Origin: an uncultured Eubacterium sp.
Lineage (GTDB): Bacteria > Bacillota > Clostridia > Lachnospirales > Lachnospiraceae
NCBI GenBank assembly: GCA_964564095.1
Contig: CAZLZX010000001.1
Span: 1-41,159 of the forward strand
Length of the DNA: 41,159 nucleotides
Direction: 5' to 3'
The notes below the pieces were generated by a model. It worked only from the letters and a program-made list of their open reading frames with translations, did no database searches and had not been told where the DNA came from. Position 1 is the first letter of the stretch. Each line of letters starts with the position of its first letter. Both the position numbers and the translations under genes were made by a program. Below, one piece after another: positions 17,830-26,309 of this stretch.

Positions 17830-19143
17830 TTAATTTTTATCTCCATACATACGGTCTGCTGCGTTTGCATCCGGCATTTTCAGCATTGTGAATGTAGCGA
17901 TAAGTCCGATTGCAATAATAACGATGAGGATACCATATGCCGTTGTGCCTTTTCCAGCCTCAATCAGAGCTACCATCATCATAGCTGCCACTGCTGACGG
18001 GATCAACTGGATAGCCATGATAATACGGTTTGCGGACTGGTACTCTCTACGTCCATATGCGTAAGATGTAATACATGGATGAAGAGTCGGAACACCGCCT
18101 GTCATACATGCTACGCCAAATCCCCAAACGAGCATCAGCGGTACGGAACCACCCTGAGGCTGCAGCATCAATGCAAGTACAGGAATCAATTCACAAAGTC
18201 CCAATACGATAGAAGCCTTTACGGATCCAAGTTTATCATCAATAAATCCAAATACATAAGACATTGCAATACCAAGCAAAGCGCCGATGCCCAGGTATGT
18301 AACAGCTTTTCCGATCCACAGCTCCGGTCCTCCAAGTGAGATATAACGAACTGCCATGGAACCCATACAAGCATTGATAATGAACTGGAATGCACCGTAG
18401 GAAATGATAAGCTGCCAAGCTTTTTTCTGTCTTAATACCTGTCCTACTGTCAGCTTGATCTCATCGATCGCTTCAGACTTCGGCGCATGATCCGCACCAT
18501 CCGGATAAAGACCTGCTTCCTCCGGCGTATCTTTGATACCAACTCCAACGATAACGCAGACAACCACGATCAGAATTGCGATTCCAATATAGAAAGGTCT
18601 GTAATCTCCGCCAAATTGACCGCTGATCAGTTTGGACATGCCGTTTGTACCAACCACTGAGAAAATCGGGCTGCCCATTGTAACAATACCCATGACCTGT
18701 CCACGGTAACGTATAAACCAGTTTGCAACAAGCATGAAGCCTGCCATCTGAAGGATCATACATCCGCATCTTACGATCAGTAATGAAATGAAGAACAATA
18801 GATAGTTACCGGAAGCTGTGCCGCCATTGCAATCCAGACCATTTGCTGCTGCAATACCAAGTGTAGCGATAGCTGTGATGATCATTACAACGATCAACGG
18901 TTTCTTTACACCAAATTTGATAAATAAAGTACCATAAACGAATGTTAAAATAATACAGATAACATTACCAACTGTCATCGGCATCTGTGTGGCTTTTGCT
19001 GACCAGCCGCCACCCTCTGGGGTAATGAAAGCCTGAATGATATTGATCTGGTCATTCTGAAGTCCTGAATACAGGAACATGAATATAATGCCCAGAATAC
19101 ATAAAAGAATTCCATAACCTAGAAATTTTTTGTTTTTAGCCAT
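17830..19143 (-). CDS. MFS transporter (OFA/MCT-like)
   Basis: About 12 TMs; VANWFIRYRGQVMGIVTMG, KDTPEEAGLYPDG loop, GFIDDKLG motif. Confidence 0.88.
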   Translation of the reverse strand: MAKNKKFLGYGILLCILGIIFMFLYSGLQNDQINIIQAFITPEGGGWSAKATQMPMTVGNVICIILTFVYGTLFIKFGVKKPLIVVMIITAIATLGIAAANGLDCNGGTASGNYLLFFISLLIVRCGCMILQMAGFMLVANWFIRYRGQVMGIVTMGSPIFSVVGTNGMSKLISGQFGGDYRPFYIGIAILIVVVCVIVGVGIKDTPEEAGLYPDGADHAPKSEAIDEIKLTVGQVLRQKKAWQLIISYGAFQFIINACMGSMAVRYISLGGPELWIGKAVTYLGIGALLGIAMSYVFGFIDDKLGSVKASIVLGLCELIPVLALMLQPQGGSVPLMLVWGFGVACMTGGVPTLHPCITSYAYGRREYQSANRIIMAIQLIPSAVAAMMMVALIEAGKGTTAYGILIVIIAIGLIATFTMLKMPDANAADRMYGDKN

Positions 19144-19214
19144 TTTCTATCTCCTCCTATTAGCTTAATGTGAACGCCTCGTATCTTTTTTGCGTTCCGT
19201 TTTTGGATGGTTAC

Positions 19215-19277
19215 ATTATCCCACAAAGCCCCGCTTACCTAAACGCCGTTTTCTGTGAAAAAAGTGACGTTTTCTTA
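19215..19277 (-). promoter_or_regulatory. Activator-dependent MFS promoter with 21-bp-period direct repeat
   Basis: GCCGTTTTCT (19245-54) and GACGTTTTCT (19266-75) next to weak -35 TTTAGG-17-GATAAT; near-identical copy at 26158-26193. Confidence 0.7.
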
Positions 19278-19304
19278 GACATATCCTGATGGCAATGCTA
19301 TACT
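19276..19304 (+). promoter_or_regulatory. Sigma-A promoter for bceR-like operon
   Basis: TAGACA-17 bp-TATACT with TG extended -10. Confidence 0.75.
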
Positions 19305-19444
19305 TAGGGAAGATTCACCGGATCTTCCCACGCATGCAATGCAACTTAGCGAAGATTCACCGGATCTTCCCACGCATGCAATGCAACTTAGAAAAGATTT
19401 ACCGGATCTTCCCACGCATGCAATGCAACTAAGGGAAGATTCAC
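19292..19444 (+). repeat. Tandem repeat, 42-bp unit, about 3.5 copies, one hairpin per unit
   Basis: GAAGATTCAC-like starts at 19309, 19351, 19393, 19435; unit contains GGGAAGAT-TCACCGG-ATCTTCCC stem-loop. Confidence 0.95.
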
Positions 19445-19467
19445 ACAAACTAACAGGGGTATTGGAT

Positions 19468-20139
19468 ATGTATAAGATTTTAATCGTGGAGGACGACCTG
19501 ACGATTGCCCGCAAAATAGAAGACCACTTAAAGATATGGAATTATGACGTTCATGTTGTGACTGATTTTCAGAATGTACTTTCTGAATTCGCAGCATTTG
19601 AACCTCATCTTGTCCTTTTGGATATTGTTTTACCCTTTTACAATGGCTATTACTGGTGCGGCGAGATCCGCAAGCTGTCCAAAGCCCCCATTATCTTCCT
19701 GTCCTCAGCTTCCGACAATATGAATATTGTCATGGCAATGAACATGGGCGGCGACGACTTTATTTCCAAGCCCTTTGACCTTGAGGTTCTTACCGCCAAG
19801 GTTCAGGCGCTGCTTCGCCGGTCCTATGATTTTGGAAATCAGGTATCTTTTATGGAACACAAAGGGACGATCTTAAACATGAACGATGCCACCTTAACCT
19901 ATCAGGGACAAAAAATAGACCTAACTAAAAATGACTACCGCATCCTGCAGACGCTAATGGAAAACAAAGGAAAAATCGTCAGCAGAGACACGCTAATGAC
20001 CAGGCTTTGGGAAACAGACTGCTATGTAGACGAAAACACATTGACAATCAACATATCACGTCTTCGCAAACGGCTGGAAGCAGCCGGTCTGTATGACTTT
20101 ATTACCACAAAGAAAGGGATGGGATATATCATTGAGTAG
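19468..20139 (+). CDS. OmpR-family response regulator, BceR/GraR-like
   Basis: MYKILIVEDD, LLDIVLPFYNGYYWC, MNIVMAMNMGGDDFISKPF; start after AGGGG RBS. Confidence 0.92.
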   Translation: MYKILIVEDDLTIARKIEDHLKIWNYDVHVVTDFQNVLSEFAAFEPHLVLLDIVLPFYNGYYWCGEIRKLSKAPIIFLSSASDNMNIVMAMNMGGDDFISKPFDLEVLTAKVQALLRRSYDFGNQVSFMEHKGTILNMNDATLTYQGQKIDLTKNDYRILQTLMENKGKIVSRDTLMTRLWETDCYVDENTLTINISRLRKRLEAAGLYDFITTKKGMGYIIE

Positions 20140-21163
20140 ATATCAGGAAACAAAACACAGGAAACGGCAGGCAGCCCCCGTATTTTTACACTTTCTTGCA
20201 GACCGCAAGCTGGTAATTATTATGTTCCTGGCATTTTGCGGCATCTTCGCATGCGTTTTTCATTTATATGGAGAAAAGACAGAACCTGTTCTTTATGCAG
20301 CGCTCTTGTGCCTGATCTTAACGCTGGCAGTTCTGGCTCCGGGCTTTTACCACTACAAAAATAAGCACCATGAGCTGTCAGCTCTCATGGAAAATATTTC
20401 TTATATGACAGACAACCTCTCCCCTCCCGATACCTACATCGAATCCGAATATCAGAATCTGATCTCACAGCTCGGAAAAATCAATCATCAAAATCTGGCA
20501 GACTATCACAGTCAGCGAACAGAGCTGATCGAATACTATACTACCTGGGTACACCAGATCAAAACTCCTATTGCCGCCATGCGCCTGCTTCTGTCAGAGG
20601 ATGACACGCCGCAAAACCGGCAGCTTCAATCCGAACTGTTTAAAATTGAACAGTATGTAGAAATGGTTTTATGCTATTTCCGCGTAGACAGCCATTCCTC
20701 CGACTTCGTATTGAAGGAGCATTCGTTAGATAATATCATTCGCCAGGCGATCCGAAAGTATGCGTCACAGTTTGTCCAAAAGAAAATCGGTTTATCCTAC
20801 ACTCCAGTAGAGCAAATCGTTCTGACTGACGAAAAATGGCTGCTGTTTGTCATCGAACAGATTTTATCCAATGCAATCAAATATACTGCAAAAGGGCAAA
20901 TTACGATATCCGCAGATGAGAATCAAATCCTCTGTATAGAAGATACCGGCATCGGTATCGCAGCAGAAGATCTTCCCCGCATTTTTGAAAAAGGCTATAC
21001 CGGATACAACGGTCATGATGACAAAAAATCTACGGGCATCGGACTATACCTGTGTCAAAAGATTACAAACAAGCTTTCTCATCGTATGTGGGCGGAATCC
21101 ACCCCGGGGCAGGGCTCCCGCTTCTATATCGATCTGTCCCATCGAGAGTTTTTCATGAAATAG
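20132..21163 (+). CDS. Intramembrane-sensing histidine kinase, BceS/GraS-like
   Basis: Two adjacent TMs with tiny loop; WVHQIKTPI, TDEKWLLFVIEQILSNAIKY, GYTGYNG..STGIGLYL; TTG start overlapping RR stop (start uncertain). Confidence 0.88.
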   Translation: MSRYQETKHRKRQAAPVFLHFLADRKLVIIMFLAFCGIFACVFHLYGEKTEPVLYAALLCLILTLAVLAPGFYHYKNKHHELSALMENISYMTDNLSPPDTYIESEYQNLISQLGKINHQNLADYHSQRTELIEYYTTWVHQIKTPIAAMRLLLSEDDTPQNRQLQSELFKIEQYVEMVLCYFRVDSHSSDFVLKEHSLDNIIRQAIRKYASQFVQKKIGLSYTPVEQIVLTDEKWLLFVIEQILSNAIKYTAKGQITISADENQILCIEDTGIGIAAEDLPRIFEKGYTGYNGHDDKKSTGIGLYLCQKITNKLSHRMWAESTPGQGSRFYIDLSHREFFMK

Positions 21164-21207
21164 GCTGTCCTTGTTCACGTTTCAGACAAATCTGCTAGGA
21201 TAGCGCC

Positions 21208-21285
21208 AACCTTTCAAAAATGAAAGGTTCGATCTTAAAATGTAAGCCAGAGAAATGGAAGCTCCATGCTCTCCTTTGCTATACT
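21208..21285 (+). promoter_or_regulatory. BceR-type binding site and promoter of ABC transporter
   Basis: AACCTTTCA-AAAA-TGAAAGGTT palindrome, second half-site TGTAAG at 21241, extended -10 TGCTATACT; resembles CTTACA-N4-TGTAAG boxes of Bce-like systems. Confidence 0.7.
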
Positions 21286-21310
21286 TACTCCTAAAAGGAG
21301 GTTTACACAT

Positions 21311-22075
21311 ATGGCAATCTTAGAAGTAAAAAGCCTGGAAAAAATCTATACCACCCGTTTCGGGGGCAATAAAGTTCAGGCGTTAAGCAATGTAACGTTT
21401 TCTGTGAACAAAGGCGAATATATCGCCATCATGGGCGAATCCGGTTCCGGCAAAACAACGCTTTTAAATATTCTGGCGGCTCTGGACCGTCCCACCAGCG
21501 GCTCCATTCTCCTGGACGGTAAAAGCCTGACAGATATCCGAGAGAAGGAAATGTCCTCCTTCCGTCGTGATAATCTGGGATTTGTCTTTCAGGACTTTAA
21601 TCTGTTAGACACGTTCTCTCTGAAAGACAACATCCTGCTGCCTCTGGTTCTGGCAGGAAAGCCGTACCGTGAAATGCAAAACCGTCTTCTGCCCATCGCT
21701 GCCAAGCTCGGCATTTCCGATCTGCTTACCAAATATCCCTACGAAGTATCCGGCGGGCAGAAGCAGCGGGCCGCCGTGGCCAGGGCAGTCATTACACAAC
21801 CGCAGCTCATTCTTGCCGATGAGCCTACCGGCGCACTTGACTCCAAATCTACGGATGAGCTGCTCCGTCTTTTTACGGATATCAACAAAGAGGGGCAGAC
21901 CATCCTTATGGTAACCCATTCCACCAAAGCGGCGAGCTGCGCCAATCGTGTACTCTTTATTAAGGACGGCGAGATCTTTCATCAGATCTATCGGGGAGAC
22001 TGCACGAACGAAGAGCTCTATCAGAAGATTTCCGATACGCTGACCATTCTTGCAACAGGTGGTGATCGTCGATGA
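21311..22075 (+). CDS. ABC transporter ATP-binding protein, BceA-like
   Basis: GESGSGKT, VSGGQKQR, ILADEPTGALDS, MVTH; RBS AAGGAGG. Confidence 0.93.
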   Translation: MAILEVKSLEKIYTTRFGGNKVQALSNVTFSVNKGEYIAIMGESGSGKTTLLNILAALDRPTSGSILLDGKSLTDIREKEMSSFRRDNLGFVFQDFNLLDTFSLKDNILLPLVLAGKPYREMQNRLLPIAAKLGISDLLTKYPYEVSGGQKQRAAVARAVITQPQLILADEPTGALDSKSTDELLRLFTDINKEGQTILMVTHSTKAASCANRVLFIKDGEIFHQIYRGDCTNEELYQKISDTLTILATGGDRR

Positions 22076-24111
22076 GAAAAGGATTTTATCAGAAATTTGC
22101 TCTGGACAGCATTAAGAAAAATCGACAAATATATCTGCCCTATATGCTTACCTGTGTACTAATGACCACACTGTTTTTTATCATTCAGTCACTGTCACAG
22201 AACTCCGGGCTGGATACTATGAGCGGCAGAGACGCTCTGACTTATATGTTCGCCATTGGTTCCCGCATTATGGCGATCTTCTCTATTATTTTTTTATTCT
22301 ATACGAATAGCTTTTTAATGAAACAGAGAAAGCATGAATTTGGTCTCTACAATGTACTTGGACTGGAAAAACGGCACATTTCCCGTATCGTATTTTTTGA
22401 AACCATAATGATCGGCGGCGGCAGCATTATTATCGGTATCCTGGCCGGACTTTTATTTACCAAGCTGGCATTTGCAGGAATCGTCCGGCTCATAAACATG
22501 GAAGTTCCTATGGGATTTGAGATCTGCCCGCCGGCTATTTATCAGACGATTCTTTTATTTGTTATCATTCATCTGATATTATTTTTAAACAGCTTCCGGC
22601 AAATTCGTTTTTCCAACACGCTGGAACTTCTCTACGGAAGCTCCGTAGGGGAAAAAGAGCCAAAAACCAAATGGCCCCTGGCTGTGATCGGTATCGCAGC
22701 TCTGATTCTGGGCTATGGGATCTCCGTAAAGATAACGAATCCGTTAGGCGCATTTGCGCTGTTTTTCCTTGCCGTACTGTTGGTAGTCATCGGAACCTAT
22801 TTCCTGTTTACTGCGGGAAGCATCGCATGGCTGAAAATGATGAAAAAGCGAAAAAATTACTACTATCAGCCCCGGCACTTTATCAATATTTCCGGCATGC
22901 TTTACCGTATGAAACAAAATGCCGCCAGCCTTGCCAGCATCTGCATTCTGTCCACCATGGTCATTGTAACGGTATCAACAACACTGTCACTGTATACAGG
23001 CTGCGGGGATATTATCAAACAACGCTATCCCAGGGAAATCAATGTTACCATAAATGCAGAGTCATTCGAAACTGCAAGCGCTGCTTTTTCAAATTTCCCA
23101 GCTCTCATGGATCGGATCACTGAGGAACAGGGTATTGCCGTATCCAATGCGGCGCATGTTACCACCTACGGCATCAGCGCCCAGCAAACCGGAAGCTATT
23201 TTGAGACAGATGAAAGCAAGGCAGACTCGCTTCGCATCAACGATCTGTGCGCTCTGATATTTCTACCATTGGAGGATTATAACCGTATATCCGGCAGCAG
23301 CGAAACCTTATCCGACAATGAAATACTGCTCTGCTGTTCGGAAAAGGAAACCCTAGATACCGACACTCTGCATATAGGCGAGACCGTATTCTCCATCAAG
23401 AAAAATATACCGCCTTTATCCGAGTCAAACCAGCAGCTCCTGGCCTCGGCATCGTATAAGACATGGTTTATCGTAGTGAAAGACATGAATGCCCTCTATG
23501 ACGTCTATCAGAAACAGATCGAACTTTATGCGGACCGGCATCCTACTTTTAAATATTATTACGGAGTCGATGTAGATGAGTCGCAAAGCGCTGCGCTCAA
23601 AGATGAGATCAAAGAACGATTTAACCAGGAAATGGCGCAGCTTTCCGGAACAGAAGAAAGCGCAGAATATTTGCAATTATCCACTACGATCCGTTCTAAT
23701 GAACGGACCGGCTTTACCTCTCTGTATGCCGGATTTTTCTTCGTAGGAATCTTTATGACAGCAATTTTCCTGACAGCTACCATTTTAATCATCTACTATA
23801 AGCAGATATCGGAAGGACTGCAGGATGCCAGACGATTTGAGATCATGCAAAAGGTCGGACTTTCCAAGGAGGAAATTAAAAAGAGTATCCACTCCCAGAT
23901 ATTGATGGTCTTTTTCCTGCCTCTTATTACCGCAGGCGTTCACTCAGCATTTGCTTTTCCGATCATATCCAGATTTTTAAAGCTGCTGGCTATGACCAAT
24001 ATCAAGGGATTTGTGATCTGCCTCATAGGAACCTTTATCGTATTTGCCATTGTTTATATTCTGGTCTATTTTCTGACAGCCAGAAGCTACTACAGAATCG
24101 TAAGCCAATAG
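22072..24111 (+). CDS. ABC transporter permease, BceB-like (FtsX family)
   Basis: FLFYTNSFLMKQRKHEFGLYNVLG, large extracellular loop, IYYKQISEG..FFLPL; ATGA overlap. Confidence 0.92.
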   Translation: MRKGFYQKFALDSIKKNRQIYLPYMLTCVLMTTLFFIIQSLSQNSGLDTMSGRDALTYMFAIGSRIMAIFSIIFLFYTNSFLMKQRKHEFGLYNVLGLEKRHISRIVFFETIMIGGGSIIIGILAGLLFTKLAFAGIVRLINMEVPMGFEICPPAIYQTILLFVIIHLILFLNSFRQIRFSNTLELLYGSSVGEKEPKTKWPLAVIGIAALILGYGISVKITNPLGAFALFFLAVLLVVIGTYFLFTAGSIAWLKMMKKRKNYYYQPRHFINISGMLYRMKQNAASLASICILSTMVIVTVSTTLSLYTGCGDIIKQRYPREINVTINAESFETASAAFSNFPALMDRITEEQGIAVSNAAHVTTYGISAQQTGSYFETDESKADSLRINDLCALIFLPLEDYNRISGSSETLSDNEILLCCSEKETLDTDTLHIGETVFSIKKNIPPLSESNQQLLASASYKTWFIVVKDMNALYDVYQKQIELYADRHPTFKYYYGVDVDESQSAALKDEIKERFNQEMAQLSGTEESAEYLQLSTTIRSNERTGFTSLYAGFFFVGIFMTAIFLTATILIIYYKQISEGLQDARRFEIMQKVGLSKEEIKKSIHSQILMVFFLPLITAGVHSAFAFPIISRFLKLLAMTNIKGFVICLIGTFIVFAIVYILVYFLTARSYYRIVSQ

Positions 24112-24438
24112 CTATCCTCATTCGGGCAGGATGAAAGATTAGACCATCCTCCTTACATCATTTGTACCAGTTGCGGGATTACACGGCATACAGATCCTCT
24201 CACACGACTTGGGATACCCTGTAATACTTCTATGGTTTTTCTGTAGTATTCCGCAATCGATGATTTTTTGTACCTTTATGACGATTATGCATTACTGAAT
24301 AAATTATTCTGTAAACTGCTGTTTTGTAATAAAATTATAATTTTCTTATAGGGTGTAATTCGGTTAATGAATCAGACTGTGGGGAAAAATGCAGGAAACA
24401 CAAAATATTGCAGAACATTTCATTAAGGGGGAAACAAT

Positions 24439-24810
24439 ATGCCAATTTATCACAAATTTCAAGACATTTTTAATTATCTTCTTGACGCTCCGGACAGAGA
24501 AACCGGAGATGAGAAAATCAAGTTTGAGCAAATGATGACTGCCGATTTCATCGGCACCTTAAACCGCATCAGAAATACGGATACCCGTCAGGAAGGCGAT
24601 GAAATCTTAGCTGCTGCTCTTACCGGCACTCATGAAAGATTTGCGGACGAACTTACCGAAATCAAAAATGCTCCGACACGAGCAGTGGGAAATAGAATCA
24701 TTGATTCTCTGCTAGTTCTTATGAACGAATATGCAGCTACTCTGGTTGCCATCAAAAATGCTCCAACACGGGCAGATGGCGATGTAATCATCAGAAATTG
24801 TCTGGTATAA
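24439..24810 (+). CDS. Hypothetical protein made of four 30-31 aa helical repeats
   Basis: RBS AAGGGGG; repeat consensus [FY]xxxLxxIxNAPTRxxGDxII; downstream terminator. Confidence 0.75.
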   Translation: MPIYHKFQDIFNYLLDAPDRETGDEKIKFEQMMTADFIGTLNRIRNTDTRQEGDEILAAALTGTHERFADELTEIKNAPTRAVGNRIIDSLLVLMNEYAATLVAIKNAPTRADGDVIIRNCLV

Positions 24811-24897
24811 ATTGTTAGAACACCGAAACATCCAGTGATTTTGTAAATACATAATATTGTAACTATCATGTCCCGCTGATTGAATCATTGTCCGTTT

Positions 24898-24924
24898 GGC
24901 GTCTGCAGTTATCCTGCAGACGCC
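24898..24924. terminator. Hairpin between convergent genes
   Basis: Perfect 11-bp stem GGCGTCTGCAG-TTATC-CTGCAGACGCC. Confidence 0.75.
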
Positions 24925-24998
24925 TACATCTTATATTACCGACAAATTTGAAAACACCAGCAATGCAGCTATCCCAATTGCCATAAAAATAAAACAGA

Positions 24999-26042
24999 CT
25001 ACCAGCGGATCAAACCGCCTGTAAGACTCGGATCCATATTCCATACATATTTATCATATGCTTCCGGAATCTCCGTATAATCAAACTCATGACTGATCAG
25101 CGGATTGATATCCAGTTTGCCATATTTGATCAAATTCAGGAACACTTTGATATCTTCATCACTGGTCCAGCAGTCAGAATTCACATAACGATTCAGCTTC
25201 TTGCCCATTACCGGCGGCCAGCCTCCCTCGATCAACAAGTCTGCTCTTTTTAATTTATATGGTTTAGAGTTTACATATGTACCGATCAGACTTGCGCCTT
25301 TCTGCATAATAGGATCATCGATTGGAGGCATAGCTTCTCCATGAACCTGTGAGATCATAACGACACGGCCTCTCTCAGATACCAGCTCTGCTGCCTGCAT
25401 CAAAGGTCCTCTTGCACCTGTAGCTTCAAAGATAACAGGAAGTCCGCCGTAACCCAGCTCTTCTACCGCTTTCTCAAGTCCTTCCGGATCATCCTTGGAA
25501 TTAATTGCAATATCTACACCCATTTTCTTTGCTGCTTCCAGACGTGTATCATCCAGATCTGTTACAATTACAGGAACTGCACCGGCAATTCTTGCACACT
25601 GTGCTGTAATCGCTCCTACAAATCCCTGGCCAAGAACTGCACAAGGCTCTCCAAGCTGTAAGTTAGAACGGCGCAGTGCATACATACCGGTATGACCAAG
25701 GTTCCAGAAAGCAGCCTGACGCAGATCTACTCCCTCCGGACATAACGTACAGTTTAATTCATCCATGATCAGATACTGCGCATGCTCTCCTGTCGTAACG
25801 ATGTGATCGCCTACCTTTAAATCCTCTACGCCTTCGCCTACTTCGATTACTTCAGCAACCATGGCATAACCAATATTTGTTGGAAGAGGAACGATAGCTC
25901 CGCACATCAAGCCTTTCTCTGTTCCCGGACTCATAGCACTGTATTTTGCTTTTAACAATACCTGTCCTGCACCCGGTGCCGGTAACTCTTTTTCTTTCAA
26001 TACAACTTTTTCAGGTTCACAAACTGCATAAATTGTTTTCAT
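24999..26042 (-). CDS. MDR-family (zinc-binding alcohol dehydrogenase-like) oxidoreductase
   Basis: SPGTE, GYAMVAEVIEVGEGV..VGD, Rossmann VLGQGFVG, FEATG; RBS AGGAGG. Confidence 0.88.
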   Translation of the reverse strand: MKTIYAVCEPEKVVLKEKELPAPGAGQVLLKAKYSAMSPGTEKGLMCGAIVPLPTNIGYAMVAEVIEVGEGVEDLKVGDHIVTTGEHAQYLIMDELNCTLCPEGVDLRQAAFWNLGHTGMYALRRSNLQLGEPCAVLGQGFVGAITAQCARIAGAVPVIVTDLDDTRLEAAKKMGVDIAINSKDDPEGLEKAVEELGYGGLPVIFEATGARGPLMQAAELVSERGRVVMISQVHGEAMPPIDDPIMQKGASLIGTYVNSKPYKLKRADLLIEGGWPPVMGKKLNRYVNSDCWTSDEDIKVFLNLIKYGKLDINPLISHEFDYTEIPEAYDKYVWNMDPSLTGGLIRW

Positions 26043-26130
26043 TCTTTTACCTCCTGTATCTACATGTGAGCCGGCGCGCCAATACCCCTTTTTCCGCCGC
26101 TCTCATGCGAATATTTTTTTGCCTGACTCT

Positions 26131-26193
26131 ATTTTTCCACATTCAGGTTTGTAAAACAATGACGTTTTCTTTGAATAAAGTGACGTTTTCTTA
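26131..26193 (-). promoter_or_regulatory. Activator-dependent dehydrogenase promoter with same direct repeat as MFS
   Basis: GACGTTTTCT at 26161-70 and 26182-91, next to TTGTTT-17-AAAAAT; same geometry as 19215-19277. Confidence 0.68.
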
Positions 26194-26203
26194 TAAATAG
26201 AAA

Positions 26204-26235
26204 TCCTCCGGTTCTGATTCTCTCAGACCGGAGGA
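26204..26235 (-). terminator. Terminator after corA
   Basis: TCCTCCGGTTCTGA-TTCTC-TCAGACCGGAGGA stem. Confidence 0.75.
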
Positions 26236-26309
26236 CATAACTTACTCCTTATTATCAGGCAATCCGGATTTAAAATCCCAGTGCCTTATCAGCAGCTTTT
26301 TTTATTCCT

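Noticed and set aside
19292-19444. CRISPR array
   Set aside because: Units are contiguous near-identical copies with no unique spacers; no cas genes in the window
19339-19467. 43-aa repeat N-terminal extension on the response regulator (ORF track start 19339)
   Set aside because: In frame only because the unit is 42 bp; no RBS before 19339, while ATG 19468 has an RBS and gives a canonical receiver start
21391-21408. Third copy of the ACGTTTTCTGTGAA operator motif
   Set aside because: Single half-site inside the ABC ATPase coding sequence, with no 21-bp partner or promoter geometry
24152-24292. Small minus-strand ORFs after the bceB-like gene (possible toxin or leader peptide)
   Set aside because: Open frames lack a start with an RBS and have no hydrophobic toxin-like character
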